54,315 nt of DNA from an uncultured Clostridia bacterium (GTDB lineage: Bacteria > Bacillota > Clostridia > TANB77 > CAG-508). Positions 17,848 through 27,687 of the stretch are shown here, in pieces (the stretch's first letter is position 1; the number at the start of each line of letters is the position of its first letter). The stretch spans positions 1 to 54,315 of the forward strand of contig CAJFJM010000002.1 of assembly GCA_904384245.1 (NCBI GenBank), read 5' to 3'. The translations under genes were made by a program, and so were the position numbers. The notes under the pieces were generated by a model. The model was not told where the DNA came from, did not search any database, and was given only the letters and a program-made list of their open reading frames with translations.

Positions 17848-19845
17848 ATGAAAAAAATTTTTAATAAAATACCTACTAATATGAAATTGACTTTAGCTTG
17901 TGTTGCAGGATTGATAATTATTGGTTTAATGTATTTTCCTTTAATACCTAAACTTCTTAATTATCCTCCTGACTCAATAAATAATGATTTCCAAATAAAA
18001 GTTAACTTTTTTCATTATACAACACAATATGCTTCTATAGTTGCTTTTGCTATTATTACCTTTTTAATTGTTTTACCTATTTTATTTAGAAAAGTTAACA
18101 AAATTGATAATATTACTAATTTTGATTTAAATAAAAATTCTAAGGAATTATTGCCTATTATAAAGACTTGTTTTAATTTTCCTATATTTATGTTACTTGT
18201 GTTTTTAATTTTACCACCTTTACTTGTTTTTATAGGTTTGATTTTACTAAAGCAAGAATTTGTATTTTCACTTAAAACTACTTTTATTATATTTTCAATG
18301 TGTGCTTTACTTGCTTTACTAATTTATTCTTTTAGCCGTTTTCTTTTTGAAAAAGTGCTAAAGAAAATTAAAATTACTGATAATATGTATGGAATTAGAG
18401 TTAATTTAAAAAATAAGATTTTACTTCAACTTTTGCCTTTACTTTTATTTACAATTGTATTTACTTTTTTAATTTTGTATAGTCAACTTACAGAGATAAA
18501 AGGTGATTCATTAAATGATTATTATACACAGACATTAGTTAGTAAAATAGAAGATACAAATTTAAAGTCTGTTGATGAGGCAAAACAAATGTTAGAAAGT
18601 ATTGATTTACGTTCTCCTGATGATTCTATTTTTATACTTTCTGCAGATGGTGATACATATTATTCTGAAACTGAATTGTCTGACTTTTTTAAAACATATA
18701 TTTTCGATTTTGAAGAAAAACATCCTGGACATACATATGAATACTATGGAAATCCTGTTCAAGGGTCTTATATAAGAGAAAATATAAATGGTGAAGATTG
18801 GATTTTAGGTATTAGATATTCTGTTTTTACAAATGATACTCTATTTTCAATAATACCTTTATTTACAATTGTTATTTGTGTAAATTTTTTCTTTATTGTT
18901 GTTATTTCTGTTAATTACGGAAATGAATTAAAGGTTATTGCAGATGGTTTAAGTAGTATTTCTAGAAATTCTTCTAATTATATGACTTCTAAACTTCCTG
19001 TATATTCAAATGATGAAATAGGAGATTTGACTATTGCTTTTAATAGAATTCAAGATTTGACAAATAGCTATATTAAACAGCTTCATGATAATCAAGATAC
19101 TTTAATGGAAAAAGAGCGTCTTGCTTCTTTAGGACAACTTATTGGTGGTATTGCTCATAACTTAAAAACACCTATTATGTCTATATCTGGTGCTGCTGAG
19201 GGATTGACTGATTTAATTAAAGAATATGATGCTTCTATTGATAATCCTCAAGTTAATTCTCAAGATCATCATGATATTGCAAAAGATATGTCTTCTTGGG
19301 TTTCTAAAATTAAAGATTATACAAGCTATATGTCTGATATTATTACTGCTGTAAAGGGTCAAGCTGTTACTTTATCTGAGGTTCAGAATGTTAGCTTTGA
19401 TATTGAGGAACTTCTTAAACGTGTTGATATTTTGATGAAACATGAACTTAAAAATGCTTTAATTTATTTAAGAGTTTCTGTAAATGTGCCAGAAAATACT
19501 ACTCTTAATGGAGATATAAATAGCTTGGTTCAAGTTATAAATAATATGATTTCTAATTCAATTCAGGCTTATGATGGTAAACCTGAGCAAAATATAGATT
19601 TAAGTGTTTCTTTTGCAGATGATAATAAGAATATTGTTATTGCTGTTAAAGATTATGGACCTGGTTTGTCTGATAAGGTTAAGAGTAAATTGTTTAATGA
19701 GATGATTACTACTAAGGGTAAAAATGGTACTGGTCTTGGTTTATATATATCTTATTCTACTATTAAGGCTCATTTTAATGGAGATATTAAGTTCGAGTCT
19801 GAAGATGGTAAGGGTACTACTTTTTATATTATTTTACCTTTGTGA
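17848..19845 (+). CDS. Membrane sensor histidine kinase (multi-TM, extracytoplasmic Cache-like region, HAMP, HisKA-like, HATPase_c)
   Basis: 665 aa. DEIGDLTIAFNRI (HAMP), LGQLIGGIAHNLKTPI (H-box), NMISNSIQA (N-box), GTGLGLYISYS (G2). The ATG lies 1 nt after the NRPS stop codon. Confidence 0.9.
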   Translation: MKKIFNKIPTNMKLTLACVAGLIIIGLMYFPLIPKLLNYPPDSINNDFQIKVNFFHYTTQYASIVAFAIITFLIVLPILFRKVNKIDNITNFDLNKNSKELLPIIKTCFNFPIFMLLVFLILPPLLVFIGLILLKQEFVFSLKTTFIIFSMCALLALLIYSFSRFLFEKVLKKIKITDNMYGIRVNLKNKILLQLLPLLLFTIVFTFLILYSQLTEIKGDSLNDYYTQTLVSKIEDTNLKSVDEAKQMLESIDLRSPDDSIFILSADGDTYYSETELSDFFKTYIFDFEEKHPGHTYEYYGNPVQGSYIRENINGEDWILGIRYSVFTNDTLFSIIPLFTIVICVNFFFIVVISVNYGNELKVIADGLSSISRNSSNYMTSKLPVYSNDEIGDLTIAFNRIQDLTNSYIKQLHDNQDTLMEKERLASLGQLIGGIAHNLKTPIMSISGAAEGLTDLIKEYDASIDNPQVNSQDHHDIAKDMSSWVSKIKDYTSYMSDIITAVKGQAVTLSEVQNVSFDIEELLKRVDILMKHELKNALIYLRVSVNVPENTTLNGDINSLVQVINNMISNSIQAYDGKPEQNIDLSVSFADDNKNIVIAVKDYGPGLSDKVKSKLFNEMITTKGKNGTGLGLYISYSTIKAHFNGDIKFESEDGKGTTFYIILPL

Positions 19846-19905
19846 TTTTGAGTATTAGGATTTTATAATTTATAATTTGTGGCAATAAATATGTCACCTC
19901 AAAGA

Positions 19906-19957
19906 AGTTGTTATATAGACTTTAAAAATTTTAAAGTTTATATAACGACTTTTTTTG
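19906..19957 (+). terminator. Long hairpin plus T-run after the kinase gene
   Basis: agttgttatatagactttaaaa / ttttaaagtttatataacgact is a ~22-bp stem with two mismatches, followed by ttttttt. Confidence 0.6.
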
Positions 19958-20032
19958 AGACTACTCCACAATAATTAGAGTTTTGAACTATAAGTTTTGA
20001 CTTTTCTTATACATTAAATTTTACGAAACCTC

Positions 20033-20061
20033 TTGCTTTTTATTAAACTTATTTATATAAT
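20033..20061 (+). promoter_or_regulatory. Sigma-70-type promoter for the response-regulator gene
   Basis: TTGCTT, a 17-nt spacer, then TATAAT. The SD aagggggg follows before the ATG at 20094. Confidence 0.5.
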
Positions 20062-20093
20062 ATGTTTAAATTTAGGTATCAAGGGGGGTAAAT

Positions 20094-21155
20094 ATGAGAA
20101 TTGGTTCACAAAATACTCAAAATACTGAAAATTTTAAGTATAAAATTTTAGCAGTTGATGATGAAGAAGGAATTGTAGATTCTTTATCTATATTTTTAAA
20201 ACGTTCAGGTTATGATTATACAGGTGTTACTGATCCAATGAAAGCTATAGAACTTGTAAAATCTGAGCATTTTGATTTAATGATTTTGGACTTCATAATG
20301 ACACCTTTTCATGGAGACCAAGTTGTTGAAGAAATACGTAAGTTTAATAAAGATTTATATATTTTGTTACTTACAGGTCATAAGGATTTAGCTCCTCCAC
20401 TTGAAACTATTCGTAGATTAGATATTCAAGGGTATTGTGAAAAAAGTGATAAATTTGACCAGTTGTTGTTACTTATAGAGTCTGGTATAAAATCTATTGA
20501 ACAGATGAATAATATAAAGGAAATAAATGAGAAATTAGCTGAAACATATGAAAAGCTAGAACATGCTTATTTAGAGTCTATTCAGACTTTGCGTTATACA
20601 ATTGAGGCTAAAGATATTTATACTCGTGGTCATTCTGATAGAGTTGCTGCTTATTCTGTTTTGATTGGTAAAAAAATGGGATTGTCTGATGAAGATTTAA
20701 AGACTCTTCAAATTGGTGGATTATTCCATGATATTGGAAAAATTGGTGTGCCTGATAGTATTATTCAAAAAGCTGGTAAACTTAATGATGATGAGTATTC
20801 ACAAATTAAACAACATCCTAATATTGGTGTTCATATTTTGTCTAATGCTAGTATTTTTAAGGATATTTTGCCTATAGTTGAACATCATCATGAAAAATAT
20901 GATGGTACAGGATACCCTGGAAGACTTGCTGGTGAAGATATTCCATTCTTGGCTAGAATTGCTGCTGTTGCAGATAGTTTTGATGCTATGGCTTCTAAGA
21001 GGGCTTATCGTGATTCTTTGCCTATGGATAAGATTATCTCTGAGTTTATGCGTTGTCGTGGTACTCAGTTTGATCCTAAGATTGATGATGTTTTTATTGA
21101 TATTTTGGAGAATCATTTTGATGAGATTAGGGAGATTCAGGAGAAATATAAATAA
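20094..21155 (+). CDS. Response regulator with HD-GYP output domain (RpfG-type c-di-GMP phosphodiesterase)
   Basis: 353 aa. A REC domain (ILAVDDEEG...DLMILDFIMT) is followed by HD...HDIGKIGVP...HHEKYDGTGYPGRL. Confidence 0.9.
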   Translation: MRIGSQNTQNTENFKYKILAVDDEEGIVDSLSIFLKRSGYDYTGVTDPMKAIELVKSEHFDLMILDFIMTPFHGDQVVEEIRKFNKDLYILLLTGHKDLAPPLETIRRLDIQGYCEKSDKFDQLLLLIESGIKSIEQMNNIKEINEKLAETYEKLEHAYLESIQTLRYTIEAKDIYTRGHSDRVAAYSVLIGKKMGLSDEDLKTLQIGGLFHDIGKIGVPDSIIQKAGKLNDDEYSQIKQHPNIGVHILSNASIFKDILPIVEHHHEKYDGTGYPGRLAGEDIPFLARIAAVADSFDAMASKRAYRDSLPMDKIISEFMRCRGTQFDPKIDDVFIDILENHFDEIREIQEKYK

Positions 21156-21161
21156 AGCTAG

Positions 21162-21220
21162 AATAGAAAATGGAACAGGGACCGTCCCTTGTTCCCTGCT
21201 CTCCTGTTCCATTTTCTATT
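21162..21220. terminator. Bidirectional terminator hairpin between convergent genes
   Basis: The 18-bp stem aatagaaaatggaacagg / cctgttccattttctatt encloses a nested GGGAC-containing hairpin. Confidence 0.7.
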
Positions 21221-23401
21221 TTAGCATTTCATTGAAAGTCCAACTTTTTGTCTTTCTTTGTCTATTTTAATAACTTTTACTTTAACGATATCTCCTACAG
21301 ATACAATATCTGATGGATTTTTTATATATTTATCACTCATTTCAGAAATGTGAACTAATCCGTCATGTTTTACACCTATATCTACAAATGCTCCGAAGTC
21401 TATTACATTTCTTACTGTTCCTGTTAATATCATTCCTTCTTTTAGGTCTTCTAATTTTAATACATCACTTCTTAATATTGGTTTTGGCATGTCTTCACGT
21501 GGGTCTCTTCCTGGTTTGCTTAGTTCTGATATTATGTCTGTTAATGTCATCTCCCCTATTCCTATTTCTTGAGCTGTTTTTTCTATGTTTATTGTTTTTA
21601 ATTTTTGTTTTAATTCTTCTAGTTTTTGTTTGTCTCTTAGGTCTTCTTTGTTAAATCCTAAACTTTTTAATAGTTTTTCTGTTGCTTCATAACTTTCTGG
21701 GTGTACTGCTGTTATTTCTAGTGGATTGTCTCCGTCAAATATTCTTAAGAATCCTGCACATTGTTCATATGCTACTTTTCCTAGTTTTGGTACTTTTAAT
21801 AGTTCTTTTCTGTTTTTTAGTTTTCCGTTTTCGTCTCTGTATTTTACTATGTTTTTTGCTATTGTACTATTTATTCCTGATACATATGATAGTAGTGATG
21901 GTGTTGCTGTGTTTACATCTACTCCTACTTTGTTTACACTGTCTTCTACTACTCCTGTTAGACTTTCAGCTAGCTTCTTTTGGTTTACATCATGTTGGTA
22001 TTGTCCTACTCCTATTGCTTTTGGGTCTATTTTTACAAGCTCTGCTAGTGGGTCTTGTAATCTTCTTGCTATTGATATTGCTCCTCTTATTGATACATTT
22101 ATGTCTGGATATTCTTCTGTTGCAAGTTTTGATGCTGAATATACAGATGCCCCCGCTTCACTTACAATTACATAGTGTACATCTCTTTTTGCTTCTTTTA
22201 TCATGTCTGATACAAACATTTCTGATTCTCTTGATGCTGTTCCATTTCCTATTGCTATCATGTCTATTTTGTCTTTGTCTATTAGTTTTAATAGTTCTTT
22301 TTTTGCGTTTTCTACATCATTTTGTGGTTCTGTTGGATATACTGTTGTGTAGTCTAGTAATTTTCCAGTTTCATCTATTACTGCTATTTTGCATCCTGTT
22401 CTGTATGCTGGGTCAAATCCCATTACTGTTTTTCCTTTTATTGGGGCTCCTAGTAATAATTGTTTTGAGTTTTGTCCAAATACTTTTATTGCTTTTTCTT
22501 CTGCTTTTTCTGTTAGGTCTGCTCTTATTTCTCTGTCTATTGATGGTTCTATTAGTCTTTTGAAACTGTCTAGTATTGTTTCTTTTAACATTTGTGTGAA
22601 TTGTGTTTCACCTTTTATTATGTCTTTTTCCATGTATAATAATATTTTTTCTTCTGGTTTTTCTATTTTTACTTTTAAATATTCTTCTTTTTCTCCTCTG
22701 TTTATTGCTAAAATTCTATGGCTTGGGATGTGTTTTATTAGTTCTTGGTAATCATAGTACATTTCATAGTTTGATTTTTCGTCTTTTGTGTTTTTTGTTT
22801 GTATGCTTGCTTCTCTGTAGCATTGTCTTTTTATTTCTTTTCTGTATTTTGGGTTGTCTGATATGTTTTCTGCTATTATGTCTAATGCTCCATTTATTGC
22901 TTCTTCTGCTGTTGATACTACTTTGTCTTTGTTTTTCTTTTCTTCTTCATTTAATTTATCTATATTTATATATTCTTTTGCTATTTCTTCTATTGGTTTT
23001 GTTTCTTTTTGTTCTATTATGATGTTTGCAAGTGGCTCTAGTCCTTTTGCTTTTGCTACTGTTGCTCTTGTTTTTTTCTTTTGTTTGTATGGTCTGTAGA
23101 TATCTTCTACTTCTGCTAATGTTTTTGCTATTGCTACTGATTGCAAAATTTCGTCTGTTAGTTTTCCTTGCTCATCTATTGATTTTACTACTTCTTCTTT
23201 TCTTTGTTCTAAGTTTCTTAGGTAGTTTAGTCTTTCTCCTAAATTTCTTAGTGTTTCGTCACTTAGCCCTCCTGTTACTTCTTTTCTGTAACGTGCTATG
23301 AATGGAATTGTGTTTCCTTCATCTATTAGCTTTATTGCTGATTCTACTTGTGTTTCTTTTACATTTAATTCTTCTGCTATTGTTTTTGCTATTTTATTCA
23401 T
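21221..23401 (-). CDS. tex: Tex-like transcription accessory protein (S1 RNA-binding domain protein)
   Basis: 726 aa. The N-terminus IAEELNVKETQVESAIKLIDEGNTIPFIARYRKEVTGGL is diagnostic. YqgF-like and HhH regions are present, and there is a C-terminal S1 domain. Confidence 0.95.
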   Translation of the reverse strand: MNKIAKTIAEELNVKETQVESAIKLIDEGNTIPFIARYRKEVTGGLSDETLRNLGERLNYLRNLEQRKEEVVKSIDEQGKLTDEILQSVAIAKTLAEVEDIYRPYKQKKKTRATVAKAKGLEPLANIIIEQKETKPIEEIAKEYINIDKLNEEEKKNKDKVVSTAEEAINGALDIIAENISDNPKYRKEIKRQCYREASIQTKNTKDEKSNYEMYYDYQELIKHIPSHRILAINRGEKEEYLKVKIEKPEEKILLYMEKDIIKGETQFTQMLKETILDSFKRLIEPSIDREIRADLTEKAEEKAIKVFGQNSKQLLLGAPIKGKTVMGFDPAYRTGCKIAVIDETGKLLDYTTVYPTEPQNDVENAKKELLKLIDKDKIDMIAIGNGTASRESEMFVSDMIKEAKRDVHYVIVSEAGASVYSASKLATEEYPDINVSIRGAISIARRLQDPLAELVKIDPKAIGVGQYQHDVNQKKLAESLTGVVEDSVNKVGVDVNTATPSLLSYVSGINSTIAKNIVKYRDENGKLKNRKELLKVPKLGKVAYEQCAGFLRIFDGDNPLEITAVHPESYEATEKLLKSLGFNKEDLRDKQKLEELKQKLKTINIEKTAQEIGIGEMTLTDIISELSKPGRDPREDMPKPILRSDVLKLEDLKEGMILTGTVRNVIDFGAFVDIGVKHDGLVHISEMSDKYIKNPSDIVSVGDIVKVKVIKIDKERQKVGLSMKC

Positions 23402-23482
23402 TTTTTATATCATTCCTCTTTCTTTACTTTTTTATTTACAGTCTTATTATAACAATCAGTAGTTGTTTAGTCAATTGAATTT

Positions 23483-24784
23483 TTATTTTGTTATGCAAAA
23501 TACTGCATATAGAGGAACTGATTTTATTTTGTTTTCAATTCCAAAATTGTTGGCTGATATTCTTATTGCCAGGTCCTTTTTTGTGTTTTGCATAAAATAA
23601 TTTAGACTTTTTGATTTTTTGTTTTCATTTGCTTTTACTTCTATTGGAATAACACCTTTTTGTGTGTCAATTAAAAAATCTATTTCTGCAACTTGATTTT
23701 TTGCCCAATAATATAAACTAATCCCATTTGCTTGTAATTCATTTGCTACATAATTTTCTGCTATGACACCTTTATATTGAAAATTTTCATTTAGAAGAAT
23801 TTTATTTCTGGGAATTTCCAGTAATTCTGTTAATATTCCTGTGTCACTTAAATATAATTTGAATTTTTGTTCATCCATAAAACCTTTTAATGGTGTTTCG
23901 AATTTTTCTACAAAATAGCATGGTATTACTAATTTACTTGCTATAAGCCAATCTAAACTTGTTTCAAAGTCTCTTCTTCTTGCATATGGTTCTATTTTAG
24001 AAAATTGAAATTTTTTATTTTCTTTTGCAAGTTGATTTGGTATGTTTTTATATATTTTTTCTATTTTTATTGTTTCATAATAGTTTAATGTGTATTTTTC
24101 CATATCTGCTAAATATGCTTCAATAATTGATTTTAATAAATTATTATCAAATTTTAAGATTTCCAAATTGTTTTTTATTATATTATCTACTGCTATTGGC
24201 ATTCCTCCAGTTGCTAAGAATAGTCTATAATAATTTAATAATTTTTCATGAATAGGATTACTCATTTTTTTATTTTTGTTAAAACAGTCTTTTATTACTT
24301 CTATTGCTTGTTCATAATTGATTGCTTTTAAAAATTCTTCAAATGTCATTGGGTACATGTATTTTATTATCACTTTTCCAACTGGAAAAGAATTTTTAAA
24401 TCTTTTTAGTTTTACTCCTAATAGTGAGCCTGCACAAACTATTTTATATGGAAATTCTGCTTCGCAAAAATATTTAAGTGCTGATATTAAGTTTTCTGAT
24501 TCTTGTATTTCATCAAAAAATATTATGGTTTCTTCTTTTATTAAACGTCCCAAGTATAATTCCATTTTTTTTATTTTTTCTTCTGTGTTTATTGGTTCGT
24601 CAAATATTTCTATTATTCCTTTATTATTCATTAAATTTATATAGATATAATCATTATAATTTTCTTTGCAGAATTTGTTTATTATATATGTTTTTCCTAT
24701 TTGTCTTGCTCCTATTACCATTAGAGGTGTATTTTGATTTTTATTTTTCCATTCTTCTAATTCTCTTAAAAAGTTCCTTTGCAT
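23483..24784 (-). CDS. AAA+ ATPase with C-terminal DUF4143-type domain
   Basis: 433 aa. Walker A is GARQIGKTY and Walker B is IIFFDEIQ. The overall layout matches the common ATP-binding protein (AAA_14/DUF4143) family. Confidence 0.75.
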   Translation of the reverse strand: MQRNFLRELEEWKNKNQNTPLMVIGARQIGKTYIINKFCKENYNDYIYINLMNNKGIIEIFDEPINTEEKIKKMELYLGRLIKEETIIFFDEIQESENLISALKYFCEAEFPYKIVCAGSLLGVKLKRFKNSFPVGKVIIKYMYPMTFEEFLKAINYEQAIEVIKDCFNKNKKMSNPIHEKLLNYYRLFLATGGMPIAVDNIIKNNLEILKFDNNLLKSIIEAYLADMEKYTLNYYETIKIEKIYKNIPNQLAKENKKFQFSKIEPYARRRDFETSLDWLIASKLVIPCYFVEKFETPLKGFMDEQKFKLYLSDTGILTELLEIPRNKILLNENFQYKGVIAENYVANELQANGISLYYWAKNQVAEIDFLIDTQKGVIPIEVKANENKKSKSLNYFMQNTKKDLAIRISANNFGIENKIKSVPLYAVFCITK

Positions 24785-24897
24785 TTTTTTCCTCCTTTTA
24801 TATGAGTTTTTATCTTTTTATTAATTTTATTTTATTACTTTTGTTTTTATATTTTGTTATATTATTATTATATATTTTTTTAATTGTTTTTTCAAGT

Positions 24898-24981
24898 ATT
24901 TTCACGTTTTTATGTGTTTTTTTAGGTGTGATTTCACATTTTTATGTGAAATTATGATTTTGATTTCACATATTTTTGTGT
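24898..24981. promoter_or_regulatory. Three direct repeats with 32-bp phasing; the middle one forms a palindrome. They lie upstream of the AAA+ ATPase gene.
   Basis: TTCACgTTTTTATGTG starts at 24901, TTCACaTTTTTATGTGAAAT at 24933 and TTCACATATTTTTGTG at 24965. The palindrome atttcacat-tttt-atgtgaaat spans 24931-24952. Confidence 0.35.
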
Positions 24982-25170
24982 TTTGCGTTCTGTCAAATTT
25001 TTATTTTAGATATTACTTTATTTATGCATTTTTAAATTTTAGTAAGATTTTTATATTATGAAAATGAGAAAAAATACGAAACCAGAATTTAACATAAAAT
25101 TAAATCAACAAAAATTAAATAAGAAATAAAGTATAAAACTTGAATGATAGAATAAAAAGAAAAAAGCGAT

Positions 25171-25255
25171 AGTACCACGTTAATAAACTACAAATTTTCA
25201 TGGAACTCCTTGAAAAGGAATTCCATAAAATTTTGCAATTCACTAACGTGGTACT
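25171..25255. repeat. Long imperfect hairpin (~85 nt) in an intergenic region
   Basis: The outer stem agtaccacgtta / taacgtggtact encloses caaattttcatggaa...ttccataaaattttg. It is followed by a T-run on the plus strand. Confidence 0.55.
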
Positions 25256-25330
25256 TATTTTTTGCTTGAAAGGAGCTAATATTATCAAAATTAAATTCTC
25301 CTTATATATCTTGAATACTTACTTGCAATT

Positions 25331-25900
25331 CTATTTTGTTGTTTCAAATTCTATATAGCTTAACCTTTTCTTATCTATAATCTTACTATAATACCCATTT
25401 ATCCTATCAATAACTTCTTGTATATTTATTTCTTTATTCTCTTTTTGATAAATCATAATTTTAAAATTTACCATAAATAATTTTACATTTAAATTTGGTA
25501 CAATTTCAAAGTTTGATTTTTGATAGAATTTAATTCTTTTTTCTTGTATGTTCTTTTCTTTTTCTGTTTCTGCGAAGTCTGGATTTTCTACTTCTAGGAA
25601 AATTCCTTTTTTGTTTGAGTATTTTTCTTCTATCTCTTTTAATATTTTTGTTCCTATTCCCTGCCCTCTTGTTTCTTTGTATACTGCTAAAAATGATACT
25701 AGGACATATTCGTTTAAGTCTGCTATGATGCAATATCCTTTTTCTGTTTCATTTTCTTCATATATAAATACTTGTTCATTGTGTTTTAATATTCTTCTTC
25801 TGAATCCTTCTAGGTTTGGTCTTTCACTGCTGGGAAAATCTTGTACTATGCGTTTTCTGTATAAGTCTTTAAATTCTTTGAATTTTATTTTTCTTAACAT
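25331..25900 (-). CDS. GNAT-family N-acetyltransferase
   Basis: 189 aa with the acetyl-CoA-binding motif YKETRGQGIGTKILKEIEE. Confidence 0.75.
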   Translation of the reverse strand: MLRKIKFKEFKDLYRKRIVQDFPSSERPNLEGFRRRILKHNEQVFIYEENETEKGYCIIADLNEYVLVSFLAVYKETRGQGIGTKILKEIEEKYSNKKGIFLEVENPDFAETEKEKNIQEKRIKFYQKSNFEIVPNLNVKLFMVNFKIMIYQKENKEINIQEVIDRINGYYSKIIDKKRLSYIEFETTK

Positions 25901-25927
25901 TTTGTTTTCCTCTTTCTATTTACTTTA

Positions 25928-27511
25928 TTATTCAATTCCTAAATATTCATTATATGTAACTTCTCTATCTATTACTTTTCCATCTTCTTTTATGTCTATA
26001 ATTCTATTTGCTACTGTTTGTGTTAATTCGTGGTCATGTGATGTGAATAGAATATTTCCTGGGAATTTTTTCATTCCTTCATTTAGTGCTGTTATACTTT
26101 CCATGTCTAAATGGTTTGTTGGTTCATCAAATATTAAAAGATTTGCTCCTGATAACATCATTTTTGATAAAACACATCTTACTTTTTCTCCTCCTGATAG
26201 GACATTTACTTGTTTTAGTGCTTCATCTCCTGAGAATAGCATTCTTCCTAGAAAACTTCTTACATATGTTTCGTCTGGGTCTTTTGAGTATTTTCTTAGC
26301 CATTCTGTGATGTTTTCGTCTGTTTCGAATAAGTAGCTGTTATCCTTAGGGAAATAGTCTTTTGTTATTGTTGTTCCCCATTCTATTGTTCCTTCGTCTG
26401 GCTCTATTTCTCCTGCTATTATTTGAAATAAGACTGTTTTTGCTAGTTCATTGTCTGCTAAAAATGCTATTTTGTTGTCTTGTTTTACTGTGAATGATAT
26501 ATTGTCTAATAGTTTTACTCCTTCTACTGTTTTTGATATGTTTTTTACTTGTAAGATTTCTTTTCCTGGTTCTCTGTCTGGCTTGAAGTCTACATATGGA
26601 TATTTTCTGTTTGATGGTTTTATTTCGTCTAGTTCTATTTTTTCTAGTGTTTTCTTTCTTGATGTTGCTTGTTTTGATTTTGATGCATTTGCACTGAATC
26701 TTGCTATGAATTCTTGTAGTTCTTTTATTTTTTCTTCTTTTTTCTTGTTTTGTTCTCTAGCTTGTTTTAGCGCAAGTTGACTTGATTCATACCAGAAATC
26801 ATAATTTCCTGGGTATACTTTTATTTTTCCGAAGTCTACATCTGCTATATATGTACATACTTTGTTTAGGAAATATCTGTCGTGTGATACTACTATTACT
26901 GTGTTTTCATAGTTTATTAGGAATTCTTGTAACCAGTTTATACTTTTTAGGTCTAAGTCGTTTGTTGGTTCGTCAAGTAACAATACATCTGGATTTCCGA
27001 ATAGACTTTGTGCTAATAGGATTTTTACTTTTTCTTTGGCTTCTATTTCTTTCATTAACTTATAGTGGTTTTCTGGTATTATTCCTAAATCATTTAATAG
27101 CATTGATGCATCTGATTCTGCATTCCATCCGTCTAGCTCTGCGAATCTTTCTTCTAGTTTTGCTGCTTTCATTCCATCTTCTTCTGAGAAGTCTGGTTTT
27201 GCATATATTGCTTCTTTTTCTTTCATGATGTCATATAGTTCTTTGTTTCCCATTAGTACTGTGTCCATTACTGTGTTTTCTTCATATGCAAAGTGGTCTT
27301 GCTTTAGGATTGATAGTCTTTCTCCTTTGTCTAGTGTTACATCTCCTTTACTTGGTTCTATTTCTCCTGATAGAACTTTTAGGAATGTTGATTTTCCTGC
27401 TCCGTTTGCTCCTATTATTCCATAACAGTTTCCTTTTGTGAATTTTATATTTACGTCTTCAAATAATACTCTTTTTCCAAATCTTACGGTTACTCCATTT
27501 GCACTTAACAT
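25928..27511 (-). CDS. ABC-F family ATPase (two ABC cassettes, no TM domain)
   Basis: 527 aa with two Walker A / LSGGE signature sets separated by a charged linker. It looks like the YdiF/YbiT type. Confidence 0.9.
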   Translation of the reverse strand: MLSANGVTVRFGKRVLFEDVNIKFTKGNCYGIIGANGAGKSTFLKVLSGEIEPSKGDVTLDKGERLSILKQDHFAYEENTVMDTVLMGNKELYDIMKEKEAIYAKPDFSEEDGMKAAKLEERFAELDGWNAESDASMLLNDLGIIPENHYKLMKEIEAKEKVKILLAQSLFGNPDVLLLDEPTNDLDLKSINWLQEFLINYENTVIVVSHDRYFLNKVCTYIADVDFGKIKVYPGNYDFWYESSQLALKQAREQNKKKEEKIKELQEFIARFSANASKSKQATSRKKTLEKIELDEIKPSNRKYPYVDFKPDREPGKEILQVKNISKTVEGVKLLDNISFTVKQDNKIAFLADNELAKTVLFQIIAGEIEPDEGTIEWGTTITKDYFPKDNSYLFETDENITEWLRKYSKDPDETYVRSFLGRMLFSGDEALKQVNVLSGGEKVRCVLSKMMLSGANLLIFDEPTNHLDMESITALNEGMKKFPGNILFTSHDHELTQTVANRIIDIKEDGKVIDREVTYNEYLGIE

Positions 27512-27687
27512 TTAATCTCCTCCTTATCTTTGGCATTATACACTATATTTTCTTTAATTTCAAGTTTTGGGCAATTTATTATAGCTGTGACATTGCAATA
27601 AAAAAATATTATTAAAAATAGATGTTTTATGCTATTTTTTAATAATATTTTTAATTATTTTTATTCTTTTAAATTTTTAATTTACTT

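Noticed and set aside
21682-22563. Long plus-strand ORFs rich in Leu/Phe/Cys (for example 21682-22563, 3365-3766, 4382-4753, 78-581 and 26782-27228) lying antisense to tex, clpB, the ABC-F gene and the transposase
   Set aside because: They are low-complexity translations of the T-rich plus strand opposite well-supported genes. They have no SD sequences or recognisable motifs, so they are artefacts of composition.
25530-25733. A 67-aa Arg/Lys-rich minus-strand ORF overlaps the GNAT gene
   Set aside because: It is an alternative-frame translation of the A-rich GNAT coding strand. It has no independent start signals, and the GNAT frame carries the recognisable acetyl-CoA motif.
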